DNA of 64,000 nucleotides. Source: Anolis carolinensis. Lineage: Eukaryota. A model generated the notes under the pieces. That model did not search any database. It saw nothing but the letters and a program-made list of their open reading frames with translations, and was not told where the DNA came from. The stretch covers positions 77,051,574 to 77,115,573 of the forward strand of contig NC_085841.1 of NCBI RefSeq assembly GCF_035594765.1, in the 5' to 3' direction. Of this stretch, positions 26,100 through 36,575 are shown piece after piece (position 1 is the first letter of the stretch; every line of letters begins with the position of its first letter). Made by a program: the position numbers and the translations under genes.

Positions 26100-26435
26100 T
26101 GTCTTGCTGTCCAGTAGGGGCGGGGCATGGTACCCTAAATGGAAAACACACCCGTAAGTTTGGCCCATCCGTGTGAGTCTATAGATACTAGAGGTACATG
26201 AGTCTATGAGAGTGTTTGTTTTGTTTGCCGGCGTCAAGCTGCGAGGGAGGAGCTTCCGTTAAGGCGGGAAGCCTGGAGAGGTTTCCTTCCGGAACAAAGG
26301 GTGATTGGCAGGAGTGGCGGAGGAAGGCGAGGGAGCGATGGCCGTTCTCTTGGAAACGACGCTGGGGGACCTGGTTGTCGACCTGTATACCGAGGAGAGG
26401 CCGCGAGGTGAGGCGGGAAGGCGGGCAAACCGAAT
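26100..26435 (+). promoter_or_regulatory. CpG-rich PPIL4 promoter/5'UTR
   Basis: GGGGCGGGG GC box (~26117), GGCGGGAA E2F-like and TTCCGG ETS-like motifs upstream of the ATG. Confidence 0.6.
26338..26407 (+). CDS. PPIL4: PPIL4 (peptidyl-prolyl isomerase-like 4) coding exon 1
   Basis: MAVLLETTLGDLVVDLYTEERPR; donor G|GTGAGG. Confidence 0.96.
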
Positions 26436-26451
26436 TAGCACTTAATTCGCA

Positions 26452-26897
26452 TTGAATAACTTTGCAGCTTCAAAGCCTGGCTGCTTCCTGCCTGTGGGAA
26501 TCCTTTATTGGGAGGTGATTAGCAGACCCTGGTTGTTTCATATCTGGAATTCCCCACTTTCCAGAGTGTTGTTCTTTATTTAAGAACACCTCCCAACAAA
26601 TGATCCCCCCCCCCGGCAGGAATCAGCCAGTCCTTGGAGCTGCAAGGCCATTCAATGCTAATCAAGCTGGCCAATTGCACCATTCACACTTGCCTCAAGC
26701 AGACAATTCTTTCTCCCACCCTGGACCTTCCATAGATATCTAAACATCCCATGCTTAGTTTCCAACAGACTTGACAACCTCTGAGGATGCCTGCCATAGA
26801 TACGGGCAAAACGTACTACTGGAACATGGCCATACAGCCTGGAAAACTCACAGCAACCCAGTGATTCCGGCCATGAAAGCCTTCGACAATACATTGA
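26452..26897. mobile_element. Penelope-like terminal repeat fragments (inverted + direct) in PPIL4 intron 1
   Basis: Homology to 25600-25976 in both orientations. Confidence 0.7.
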
Positions 26898-27071
26898 ATT
26901 AGTGCAGTTTGAGGCCACTTCAGCTGCCATGGCGCAATGCTAAGGAATCCTGAGAGTTGTAGATTTACAAGACCCTTAGCCTTTTCTGCCCAATAGTGCT
27001 GGCGCCTCTCCATAGCATTGTGTCGTGGCAATTGAAGTGATATCATACTGCATCTATTCTACAGTGTAGAC

Positions 27072-27197
27072 CAGGCATGGGCAAACTTTGACCTTCCAGA
27101 TGTTTTGGATTTCAACTCCCACCATTCCTACCGGCTGTTAGGAATGGTGGACGTTGAAGTCCAAAACACCTGGAGAGTTGAAGTTTGCCCATACCAA
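27072..27197. mobile_element. hAT-like MITE
   Basis: CAGGCATGGGCAAAC...GTTTGCCCATACCAA; imperfect 8-bp TSD gtgtagac/atgtagat; truncated relative at ~49246. Confidence 0.65.
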
Positions 27198-27542
27198 ATG
27201 TAGATGCATCCCAAGTGTACTACGTTTCTTGCTGTCAGGCTTTTGTTGAAGAAAAGTAAGGAAGACGGCACAGTGGATGTCACAACTCTTGGACATGACC
27301 GGAGTCAAAGGAGCTCTTTCTTTTATGTTTCTCAGAAAGTTGTCTGATGAAATCTATAAAAGATCTGTTGCTGTTACTTATTGTTTTCAGTTGATTTGAC
27401 TGTAAAGTTGATTTGAGACTTTTCAGTTTTTGCAGTGACAGGTTTTGTGGTATACAGTTTATTTCAAACAGCCCATCTTGCCATCTACTTTTGTTCAGTT
27501 TTGAAGGAAATTAGCAAGAGCTCATTTATCTTTGAAATATAT

Positions 27543-28270
27543 CCACTTGGGCAGAAAAAATGAAATGCGAGGATACAGAATGGGGGATGCCTGCGTTGAC
27601 AGCAGTACATGTGAAAAAGATCTTGGTGTCCCTGTGAACAACAAGTTAAACATGAGCCAAAAATGTCATGTGCAGCTTAAAACACCAATGGGATTTTGGC
27701 CTGCATAAATAGGAGTGTAGTGTCTAGATCCAGGGAAGTCATGCTACTACTCTATTCCGCCTTGGTCAGACCACACCTGTAATACTGCGTCCAATTCTGG
27801 GCACCACAATTTAAGAGAGATGTTGACAAGCTGGAATGTGTCTAGAGGAGGATGACTAAAATGATCAAGGGTAGGGAGAACTAGCCCTATGAGGAGCGGC
27901 TTAAAGAGCTGAGCATGTTTAGCCTGCAGATGAGAAGGCTGAGAGGAGACATGATGGCCACATATAAATATGTGAGAGGAAGTCATAGGGAGGAAGAAAC
28001 AAGCTTGTTTTCTGCTGCCCTGGAGACTAGGACGCAGAACAATGGCTTCAAACTACAGGAAAGGAGATTCCACGTGAACATTAGGAAGAACTTCCTAACT
28101 GTGAGCTCTTCAGCAGCGGAACTATCTGCCTCAGAGTGTGGTGGAGGCTCCTTCTTTGGAGGCTTTTAAACAGAGGTTGGATGGCCGGGGGTGCTTTGAA
28201 TGTGATTTTCCTGCTTCTTGGCAGGGGGTTGGACTGGATGACCCATGAGGTCTCTTCCAATTCTATGATT
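27543..28270 (+). mobile_element. CR1 LINE 3' fragment (ORF2 C-terminus + 3'UTR)
   Basis: MFSLQMRRLRGDMMATYKYVRG...FKLQERRFHVNIRKNFLTV; ttctatga tail. Confidence 0.9.
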
Positions 28271-28321
28271 GTATTATTCTATACAAAGCGTTTCAATTAT
28301 TTCTTTTTTTTTTCTTTGCAG

Positions 28322-28389
28322 CCTGTCTAAATTTTCTGAAACTTTGCAAGATCAAGTACTATAACTATTGCCTTATACATAGTGTACAG
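28322..28389 (+). CDS. PPIL4: PPIL4 exon 2
   Basis: (A)CLNFLKLCKIKYYNYCLIHSVQ; poly-pyrimidine tract + cag|, |gtaaag. Confidence 0.96.
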
Positions 28390-28834
28390 GTAAAGTTTTT
28401 TAAACTTTTGTTTTCTGTTTTTTCCCCCCAACATGTTGGAGATAGCAACTTTCTCAAGCCTCCTCAATTTAATGTTTTGTCTGTGTTATAATGTGCCAAT
28501 TTATTTCCTGAAGTGTATGTCTTGTTTGGTTTGCAGTTTTCTTAGCTCTGTGTACTTGAGGCTGCAGACCATGTGACTGGTTCAGTGACTGTTTAGAATG
28601 CAGTTTAAAAGGATGTCAGTTGAGGAATGACAGTTGAGGCTTGATTCTGTTTGAGTACAGAAGCCAGTGTTAGAGGAGTTAGAAGACAGTTGAGGCTTGA
28701 CTCCTTTGGAAGTAGACTGTTATGAAAGAGAGCTGTAAAGAGCAATATAGTTTTTAAGAGATTGTTAAAGACTATAAGTTAAAGAAACAAACTGAAACGT
28801 ATTTAAGTTTAAGATGACAAGCAATGTAATTGTA

Positions 28835-29936
28835 GGCCCGGGCTGTGGTGCAGACTGGAGAGCAAGCCAGCTGCTGTGATGACTCATGGGCCTTGTAGTC
28901 CTGTTCCTAGTACTATTGTGGCAGACGAAGAGGAAAACATGGGGTTTTCGCCGGTTCAGCAAGAGCCGGAGTCTCTTCACCTGCAGGATGTTGATGTTTG
29001 CCCTCAAGAATTCAGCCAAACAGGCCTTGGGCAGAACTCCCCCCCGTTTTCCAGGAGGGAAAATTATTCTAAAGATAGGGGAGTCAGGGAGGCTAATCGG
29101 AGAAGCCTGAGAATCGCTGCCAAACAAATGGCTGATTAGGTCTGCTTCCCTTGGGAAATTCTAAGGAGTCATGCATCTGGACAGAGTTGGGTTTCGCTTC
29201 TCGTTCTCTAGGGAAAGAGTTCTGTTGGCGGGAAAACGAGACCCAATATAGGTGTTTGGCGCGAGGGATTCTTTGCGGAGTCAATTGATCAGCTTGAGGA
29301 GAGAGATCGTGTGTGGACTTCGTAATCCCAGTTCCTTGCTTCCCGGATCAAGCTTCAAGCCTTGCCCTGTCTCACGGTTTTACCACGGACTCTGTTTCAT
29401 GCTTCATGTTTGCCTCGTCTTCAGTCACGGATCTAGCCAAGAATCAAGTTTATTTCCAGCCTTGTTGTCAAGCTTCATTGGACTTTAAAGACTCTGTTAT
29501 TTCCCCACACTATTGCTTGGCAAAGTGTGTGTTTCGGTCAAGTGGATTAAAACTTTGAACTCTAATATCTTATCTTGGACAATACATTTCTGGACTATAT
29601 TTGACCTCATCTGAAAGGTCTGCTTCTGAACTATATTCTTCACTTGTTTTTATTGATTTTATATATTTCTTTAATAAAGATATTAGATAGAGACTGGCCT
29701 CTGTGTAAGGTTATTGGTGCTCTGCAGCCAGGGTCCTGACAGCTGCAACCAGCTGCAATGAATCACTCTGACCAGGAGGTCATGAGTTCGAGGCCTACTC
29801 GGAGCCTATGTTTGTCTTGTCTTTGTTCTATGTTAAAAGGCATTGAATGTTTGCCTATATGTGTAATGTGATCCGCCCTGAGTCCCCTTCGGGGTGAGAA
29901 GGGCGGAATACAAATGCTGTAAATAAATAAATAAAT
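28835..29936 (+). mobile_element. SINE (tRNA head, LINE-derived tail, (TAAA)n) interrupted by a solo LTR
   Basis: Head 28835-28874 continues at 29747 with B box gagttcgaggcc; tail ...ccgccctgagtcc...aaataaataa. Confidence 0.75.
28875..29741 (+). mobile_element. solo LTR, 867 bp
   Basis: TGT...ACA termini, perfect 5-bp TSD GCTGC, AATAAA near the 3' end. Confidence 0.85.
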
Positions 29937-30262
29937 ATTTAAATAAATGAAGTTATGAGTAAACCAAACACGTTATCTTAAAGAAGCTTACTTGAATCTT
30001 TGTCTGCTGAGACCGTTGAATAGAAACAAGAGATTTATGAGCCCAGTGATCTTCCATTACCCAATAAACTAAAGGAACACCTCTGAATCTCTGCTACCCA
30101 ATAGGTTATGATCCTAACAGGTCATAATCCAATAGTCCAGTGTGTTTTAAATTGTTTATTTTACCATGTTATGGTCTGATTGGGCTTGTCCCCATGTAAG
30201 CCGCTCTGAGTCCCTTCAGGAAGATGGAGGCGGCATACAAAAATAAAATTATTATATTATTA

Positions 30263-32225
30263 CTAGCTGTGCCCGGCCACGCGTTGCTGTGGCTTAGTCT
30301 GGTGGTGTTGGTCAGTCTACATTTGGTTGTATTTATGCTGTGATCTCCACCCTTCTTTATACTCACATTAGTAGTAGTATTTGAAGTCTGTTACCTTCTT
30401 CAATTTTTGTGTTGATTGATAATTGCTTGAGATCCCTGTTGTCTTTGGTTTGTTGCTAATCGTGACGTCTGATTCTGCTGAGTGCGGTTTACATCTTATT
30501 GTGGTACAATAGTCTTTTTTTTTTTTTGCCTGTGTAGGTGTTTATTATTATTGTTGTTGTAGAGGTCATGAAGGCTGGATAAGTTAGATGCTACTGTATT
30601 GTTTTTTGGAGGCCCAGTGTAGCACTGACTGGCCTCTCAGCCTCAAGGCCTGGCTGCTTCTTGCCTGTGATGGTGTTGATTCTTATTGTTGTTGTTGTCA
30701 TTGTTATTATTGTAATTGTTTTTTTGGAGGCGAAGTGTGAATGTAGGGATTGGGGAGGTGGATGAGCACTGAATGGCCTTGTAGACTCAGTGCATGGCTG
30801 ATTCTTGCCTGTGTAGGTGTTTATTATTAGTGGGTGAGTGGATGGATAGATGAGTGGATGGACAGATAGAGTGGGTGCTCTCCTTGTTTCCTTTATTCCT
30901 ATGCTGTTCCCTTTCTCTGCTCTGATCCTGAGCTCGCTGATAAGAACACACTGGTCAAAAAGGAGGGTAAATATAACCGGATCAATGGCCTTTCTCTCCC
31001 TTTTGCTCTTGGCCTTCCGGGCAGAGAGGGAGGGCTCTTGTACTTGGCGTTCCTTCACTTCCCTTCCCTCCCTCCTTCCTTCGTTCTATTCGTCCCAGCC
31101 TTTCCTGCCTGTGGAGCCATGGAACTGGGTCAATGGGTTGGATGGCAGGGAAAGGGAGAAGGAAGAGGCCTTTAATTAAAATGCATGGACCCCATGCCAT
31201 GGGGTGCTGGAATTTGTAGTTTGCATCCAGTCCAACCCCTTTCTTTCTTTTTGTCATGGAGGAAGAACCCACCCAAACCTTTCAGACAGATATCCATCCG
31301 GTTTAGTTGTATTGTTATAGTCACAATGCGTTGTTGTGAGTTTTTTGGGTCCAGATTGTGGTTTTGTGGTGTGGTTGTGTTGTTACAACTGGGAGGGAAG
31401 GCTTTTGTGTTGTGTTGCCAAGTTTCGTATTTCTGGGGCGTTTAGTTCTGTTGTTATAGTCACGATGCGTTGTTGTGAATTTTGTGGGTCTGGATTGTGG
31501 TTTTGTGGTGTTATTGTGTTGTTACAACTTGGAGGCAAGGCTTTTGCGTTGTTTTGTCAAATTTTGTATTTCTGGGGCGTTTAGTTGTGTTGTTATAGTC
31601 ACGATGCGTTGTTGTGAATTTTGTGGGTCCAGATTGTGGTTTTGTGGTGTGGTTGTGTTGTTACAACCCGGAGGCAAGGCTTTTGCGTTGTGTTGTCAAG
31701 TTTTGTATTTCTGGGGCGTTTAGTTGTGTGCCAAGTTTCGTATTTCTGGGGCGTTTAGTTGTGTTGTTATAGTCACGATGCATTGTTGTGAGTTTTATGG
31801 GTCCGGATTGTGGTTTTGTGGTATGGTTGTGTTGTTTCAACCGGGAGGGAAGGCTTTTGTGTTGTGTCGCCAAGTTTCGTATTTCTGGGGCGTTTAGTTG
31901 TGTTGTTATAGTCACGATGCGTTGTTGTGAGTTTTGTGGGTCCAGTGTGGTTTTGTGGTGTGATTGTGTTGTTACAACCGGGAGGCAAGGCTTTTGCGTT
32001 GTGTTGCCAAGTTTTGTATTTCTAGGGCGTTTAGTTGTGTTGTTATAGTCATGATGTGTTGTTGTGAGTTTTGTGGGTCCGGATTGTGGTTTTGTGGTGT
32101 GATTGTGTTGTTGTAACCGGGAGGCAAGGCTTTTGCATTGTGTTGCCAAGTTTCATATTTCTGGGATGTTTAGTTTTGTTGTTATAGTCACTGCGCCCGC
32201 AACTTTATCATTTTATATATATAGA
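30263..32225 (-). mobile_element. non-autonomous Helitron with internal 139-bp minisatellite
   Basis: Minus strand TCtatatatataaaa...gccacagcaacgcgtggc hairpin...CTAG|T; same family as 58799-60278. Confidence 0.85.
31300..32190. repeat. ~139-bp GT-rich tandem repeat (~6 units) inside the Helitron
   Basis: Unit gcgtttagttgtgttgttatagtcacgatgcg...ttcgtatttctgggg; no unique spacers. Confidence 0.9.
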
Positions 32226-34233
32226 CTAGCTGTGCCCGGCCACGCGTTGCTGTGGCGAAGTCTGGTGGTCTGGGAAATAAAGTATTGAGGAATTGGTGGT
32301 AGTTAAGGTCAAGGGTCAAGGTTTTCCCCAGACATTAAGTCCAGTCGTGTCTGACTCTGGGGATTGGTGCTCATCTCCATTTCTAGGCCGAAGAGCCGGC
32401 GTTGTCCGTAGACTCCTCCAAGGTCATGTGGGATGACTGCATGGAGCGGCGTTACCTTCCCGCCAGAGCAGTACCTATTGATGCACTCACATTTGCATGT
32501 TTTTGAACTTCTGGGTTGGCAGAAGCTGGGGCTAACAGTGGGGGCTCTCTCCGCTCCCCCAATTCAAACCTGTGGCCTTTCGGTCCAGAAGTTCAGCAGC
32601 TCAGCGCTTTAACACGCTGCGCCATCAGGGGATATTATTTCCTAAAGGTTGTGAATATACAATATTTCTGATTGGTTTTTTTTTGTCTGTTGGAGGCAAG
32701 TATGAATGCTGCAATTAGGAAAAATGATTAGGATGTAATGGCCTTGCAGCTTTAAAGCCTGGCTGCTTCCTCCCTGAGTGAATTTTTTGTTGGGAGGTGT
32801 TAGCTGGCCCTGATTCTTTCCTGTCTGGAATTCCCTTGTTTTCAGAGTGGTGTTGTTTGCAATATTTTATGTTCGTCTACTGTCTGTGGCCCTGAGAAAA
32901 CAGGATTTGCCAGACTTTGATGATGGGAATACTTTGTTGGGAGGTGTTAGCTGGCCCTGATTGTTTCCTGTGTGGAATTCCCCTGTTTATTTACTGTCCT
33001 GGTTTTAGAGATTATATTGTTCTGCATTATTCTATCCCAGTAATTATTTCATATTAAAGTAGAATCTCACTTATCCAACATTCTCTTATATAATGTTCTG
33101 GATTATCCAACGCAGTCTGCCTTTTCATAATCAATGTTTTTGTAGTCAGTGTTTTAAATTCATTGTGATATTTTAGTGGTAAATTTGTAAATACAGTACA
33201 GTAGAGTCTCACTTATCCAACATAAACAGGCTGGCAGAATATTGGATAAGCGAATATGTTGGATAATAAGGAGGCATGAAGGATAAGCCTATTAAACATC
33301 AAATTAGGTTATGATTTTACAAATGAAGCACCAAAATATCATCTTAGACAACAAATTTGGCAGAAAAAGTAGTTCAATACACAGTAATGCTATGTAGTAA
33401 TTACTGTATTTATGAATTTAGCACCAAAATATCACAATATATTGAAAACATTGACTACAAAAATGCATTGGATAATCCAGAACATTGGATAAGCGAGTGT
33501 TGGATAAGTGAGACTCTACTGTAATTACTACATAGCATTACTGCGCATGGAACTACTTTTGCTGTCAAATTTGTTGTATAACATGATGTTTTGGTGCTTA
33601 ATTTGTAAAACGATTACCTAATTTGATGTTTAATCGGCTTTTCCTGAATCCCTTCTTATTATCCAACATATTCACTTATCCTGCCGGCCTGTTTATGTTG
33701 GATAAGTGAGACTCTACTGTATATTGATAATCTTCTATTATCTGCTTAGAACTGGATTATATGAGGCCCCTTTTTCACAGTTGTATAAAATGCACACTGA
33801 AGTGGATTATATGGCAGTGTGGAGTCAAGATAATCCAGTGCAAAGCAGATAATATAAGATTATAAATGGGTTATATAGCTGTGTGGAAGGGCCTTGAGTC
33901 TACACTGCCATATAATCCAGTTAAAATCAGATAATCTGTGGAAGAAGTCTAAGTGAGGCCTACATCTGCCTGTCCCCTAACTGAAGCCTGGCTGTCCCTT
34001 GGCTGGTTGCTAGGCAACCAAGTGGGCAGAGATTAGCCCTCTAAACTGGCAGCAATTGGATAAAAACAATTATTGCTCTCCCTCTAATTAGGACTTTATT
34101 TTTCTTTTCTTTTTGTTGTATCAACCTAGAGCCGTGGATGATGGGTTGTGTTGTCAAATTTCGAGGTTGGGGGGCCTGTACTTTTGTTGTTTTGTCCACT
34201 GCCCTGATGCCATCACTCTTTTATATATATAGA
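32226..34233 (-). mobile_element. non-autonomous Helitron carrying Sauria SINE, Penelope, nested Tigger-like MITE and Harbinger-like fragments
   Basis: A|TC at 34233, hairpin + CTAG at 32226; cargo recognised by homology to free copies in the window. Confidence 0.85.
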
Positions 34234-35013
34234 TTGTAGTCAAAGTATGCCCATCCGTCTGTTTATACCGCAAAGGCTGTTGCTAGGTGAAGTGGCCCTT
34301 TGCGTGGTCACTGGAAAAGAAAGGTGATGTGTGTATGAAAGGGAGGGAGGAGCCACAAAGAGAGCTGTTGTGAAGTAGGCCTTCTCAGAGTTGGATAAGG
34401 GAGGGAAAGGAAGAAAAGAAAGAGAAAAAGAAGGGAAAGAAAGAAATGGTAAAGGATGGAAGGGGTAAGAAAGAAATAGAAAGAGAACAAAGAGAAAGGA
34501 AAGCAGAAAAGTTATGAGGGGAGGGGAAAAGAAAGAAGGGGTGAAAGCAGAAGGGCAGTGCCCCCCTTACACTGGGTGTGCAATAAAGAAAAATACTGTA
34601 TCTGACACTAGGAGATATGCATGTGTGCCCCTCTCAACTTGTCCCTTCAGTTTGTAAAAATGAGAAAACTAGCAGGACAATACAGTTATGGTCAGACTAT
34701 ACAACCTTTTGCCAAATCATGTTGAATTTGGTGCAGTAAGAGACATGAAGACAAGGAAATGGCCTATGGAATGGCCCGGATCACGCTTTTGGATCACGTG
34801 ATTCACTCTGTTGTCAGAGTTAGTTTTAATTACTTAATTGTATTTTAATGTTTAGTATTATTATTTAAATGTCTATTTTGTATTTGTTTTAAAGGCATTG
34901 AATTATTGTCACATTGTGAAGCCACCGGAGTGAGAAAGGCAGGGTAAAAGTATCGTAAATAAATAAATAAAACAAGTAATATCAGGATACCTTTATGCCT
35001 TATGCTATTTCAG

Positions 35014-35078
35014 AGAGACTTTATTGTGCAAACTGGAGACCCTCAGGGCACTGGGCGTGGAGGCGAATCCATCTTTTG
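35014..35078 (+). CDS. PPIL4: PPIL4 exon 3
   Basis: RDFIVQTGDPQGTGRGGESIF, cyclophilin motif; |gtgagt. Confidence 0.96.
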
Positions 35079-36457
35079 GTGAGTGTCATTTAAGCTTTTT
35101 TCATATGCATATCTAGCTGGAAACAAGTCCCTTTCAATGCCCTGGGATGTGGACTCAAGTAAAGGTTCATTGGATTTGGCTCTCCATTAGTTAATTAAGT
35201 TTCATTTGAGGCACTGATATGTTTTATCTGGACTGTCCTGGAGTTTTCCCGAAGAGAGGAGCTTCATTGTAATAATATAATAATCTAACTTATTTGTAAC
35301 CCTCCCAGTCTCCCCGAGGAGACTCTGTACTTGGTTAACTATTTCAGTTGTGTCAAAACATCAGCAGACAACTTCAGAGGGTCCAGAGGATATTTCCTGC
35401 GAGCTCCCTCAATCCATCCCAGCCTCTCGTGGATAAAACAGAAGTGACCAGAAAGTCATATTTAGATTTAAAATCTGATTTTTCTGTGTGATTAAGACAA
35501 GATGTAATACTTACCTTATTCTAAAGGACAATGTCACGCCTTTGAAACTTCTGTAGGTACACTTGCTTCTTTTGAAAAGCACCAAGATCAAGGAAGGGGG
35601 ATGCATCCCAAAAGCTACTTGAAATTATGTTAATGAAATGAAAAAGTATCAACCTGGACTTTCCATCTGCATTGTGACCTAACAGTCTGAGATGAAAATG
35701 AGCTTCCCTCTTAGAGTGTTGTGCTCTGGAGGCAACATGAGACACAAGCAAAATCTCTATATGTTTTATGGATCTGATTCCTAGGTTGCTAAATAAGTCC
35801 TTTCATTGTTGGAAAATAATATAAACTTGGCAAAGCAAAGCAGACAATGCCTTCAATATATCGCTGGCACAAATCTTCTTTATTCCCTTCCACTTCCACT
35901 TCCCCCACATCTTAAACTGTATTCAACAGTCTAGCAAGAGACTTTATAATACAAGCAAATGTATTGGCTAGCTGGAAATCTTTGGTGTATTGGCTACCTA
36001 GAAATTTATAAATGCAGGAAATGTGTGTGTGTATACACACACACACACATCTCATGTATATATATTTCCCCTGCTTGTATAGATTTTGGGTAGGCAATAG
36101 ATTAAAGATCATCACATCATTGTACAGATAGACCTCGTTAACTAGGAAGATCCATGCACTCATTGTGTTTGCTAAATCAAAAGCAATCTTTGAGCACAAA
36201 TGTGAAAGTGGAGAATCTCTCCTGGGGTCCTGTTTATTGTACACAGAACTCTTGCAAGAGTGAGGGTCCTCATTTGTAGAGGATTGAGAAATGAATGTAA
36301 AATGACAGATACCAAGAAATAAGCTATAAATGATCACACGAACATGTAGCTAGGTATACTGTATGTTGCAAAGTCAGCAAATTGCTTTTGGCTGAAATCA
36401 GTAAAATATAACGTTTTGGCAATTTTCTAACTTTTAATGTCTGTGTGTATGTTTCAG

Positions 36458-36575
36458 CAAATTGTATGGAGACCAAGCTAGGTTTTTTGAAGCAGAAAAA
36501 GTTCCAAGAATCAAACACAAGAAAAAGGGGACAGTGTCAATGGTGAACAACGGCAGTGATCAGCATGGATCTCAG
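36458..36575 (+). CDS. PPIL4: PPIL4 exon 4
   Basis: KLYGDQARFFEAEKVPRIKHKKKGTVSMVNNGSDQHGSQ. Confidence 0.96.

Larger units (their letters stand above)
28484..30134 (+). mobile_element. degenerate solo LTR (Copia-like?) hosting a SINE and a second LTR
   Basis: TGTTA...CCAATA ends; 5-bp flanks gtctg/gtcca reconcile as a CpG-decayed GTCCG TSD; ggttatg motifs near the 3' end. Confidence 0.45.

Noticed and set aside
31300-32190. Regular repeats resembling a CRISPR array (also 59330-60243)
   Set aside because: Whole 139-bp units repeat without unique spacers, there are no cas genes, and the context is a vertebrate Helitron
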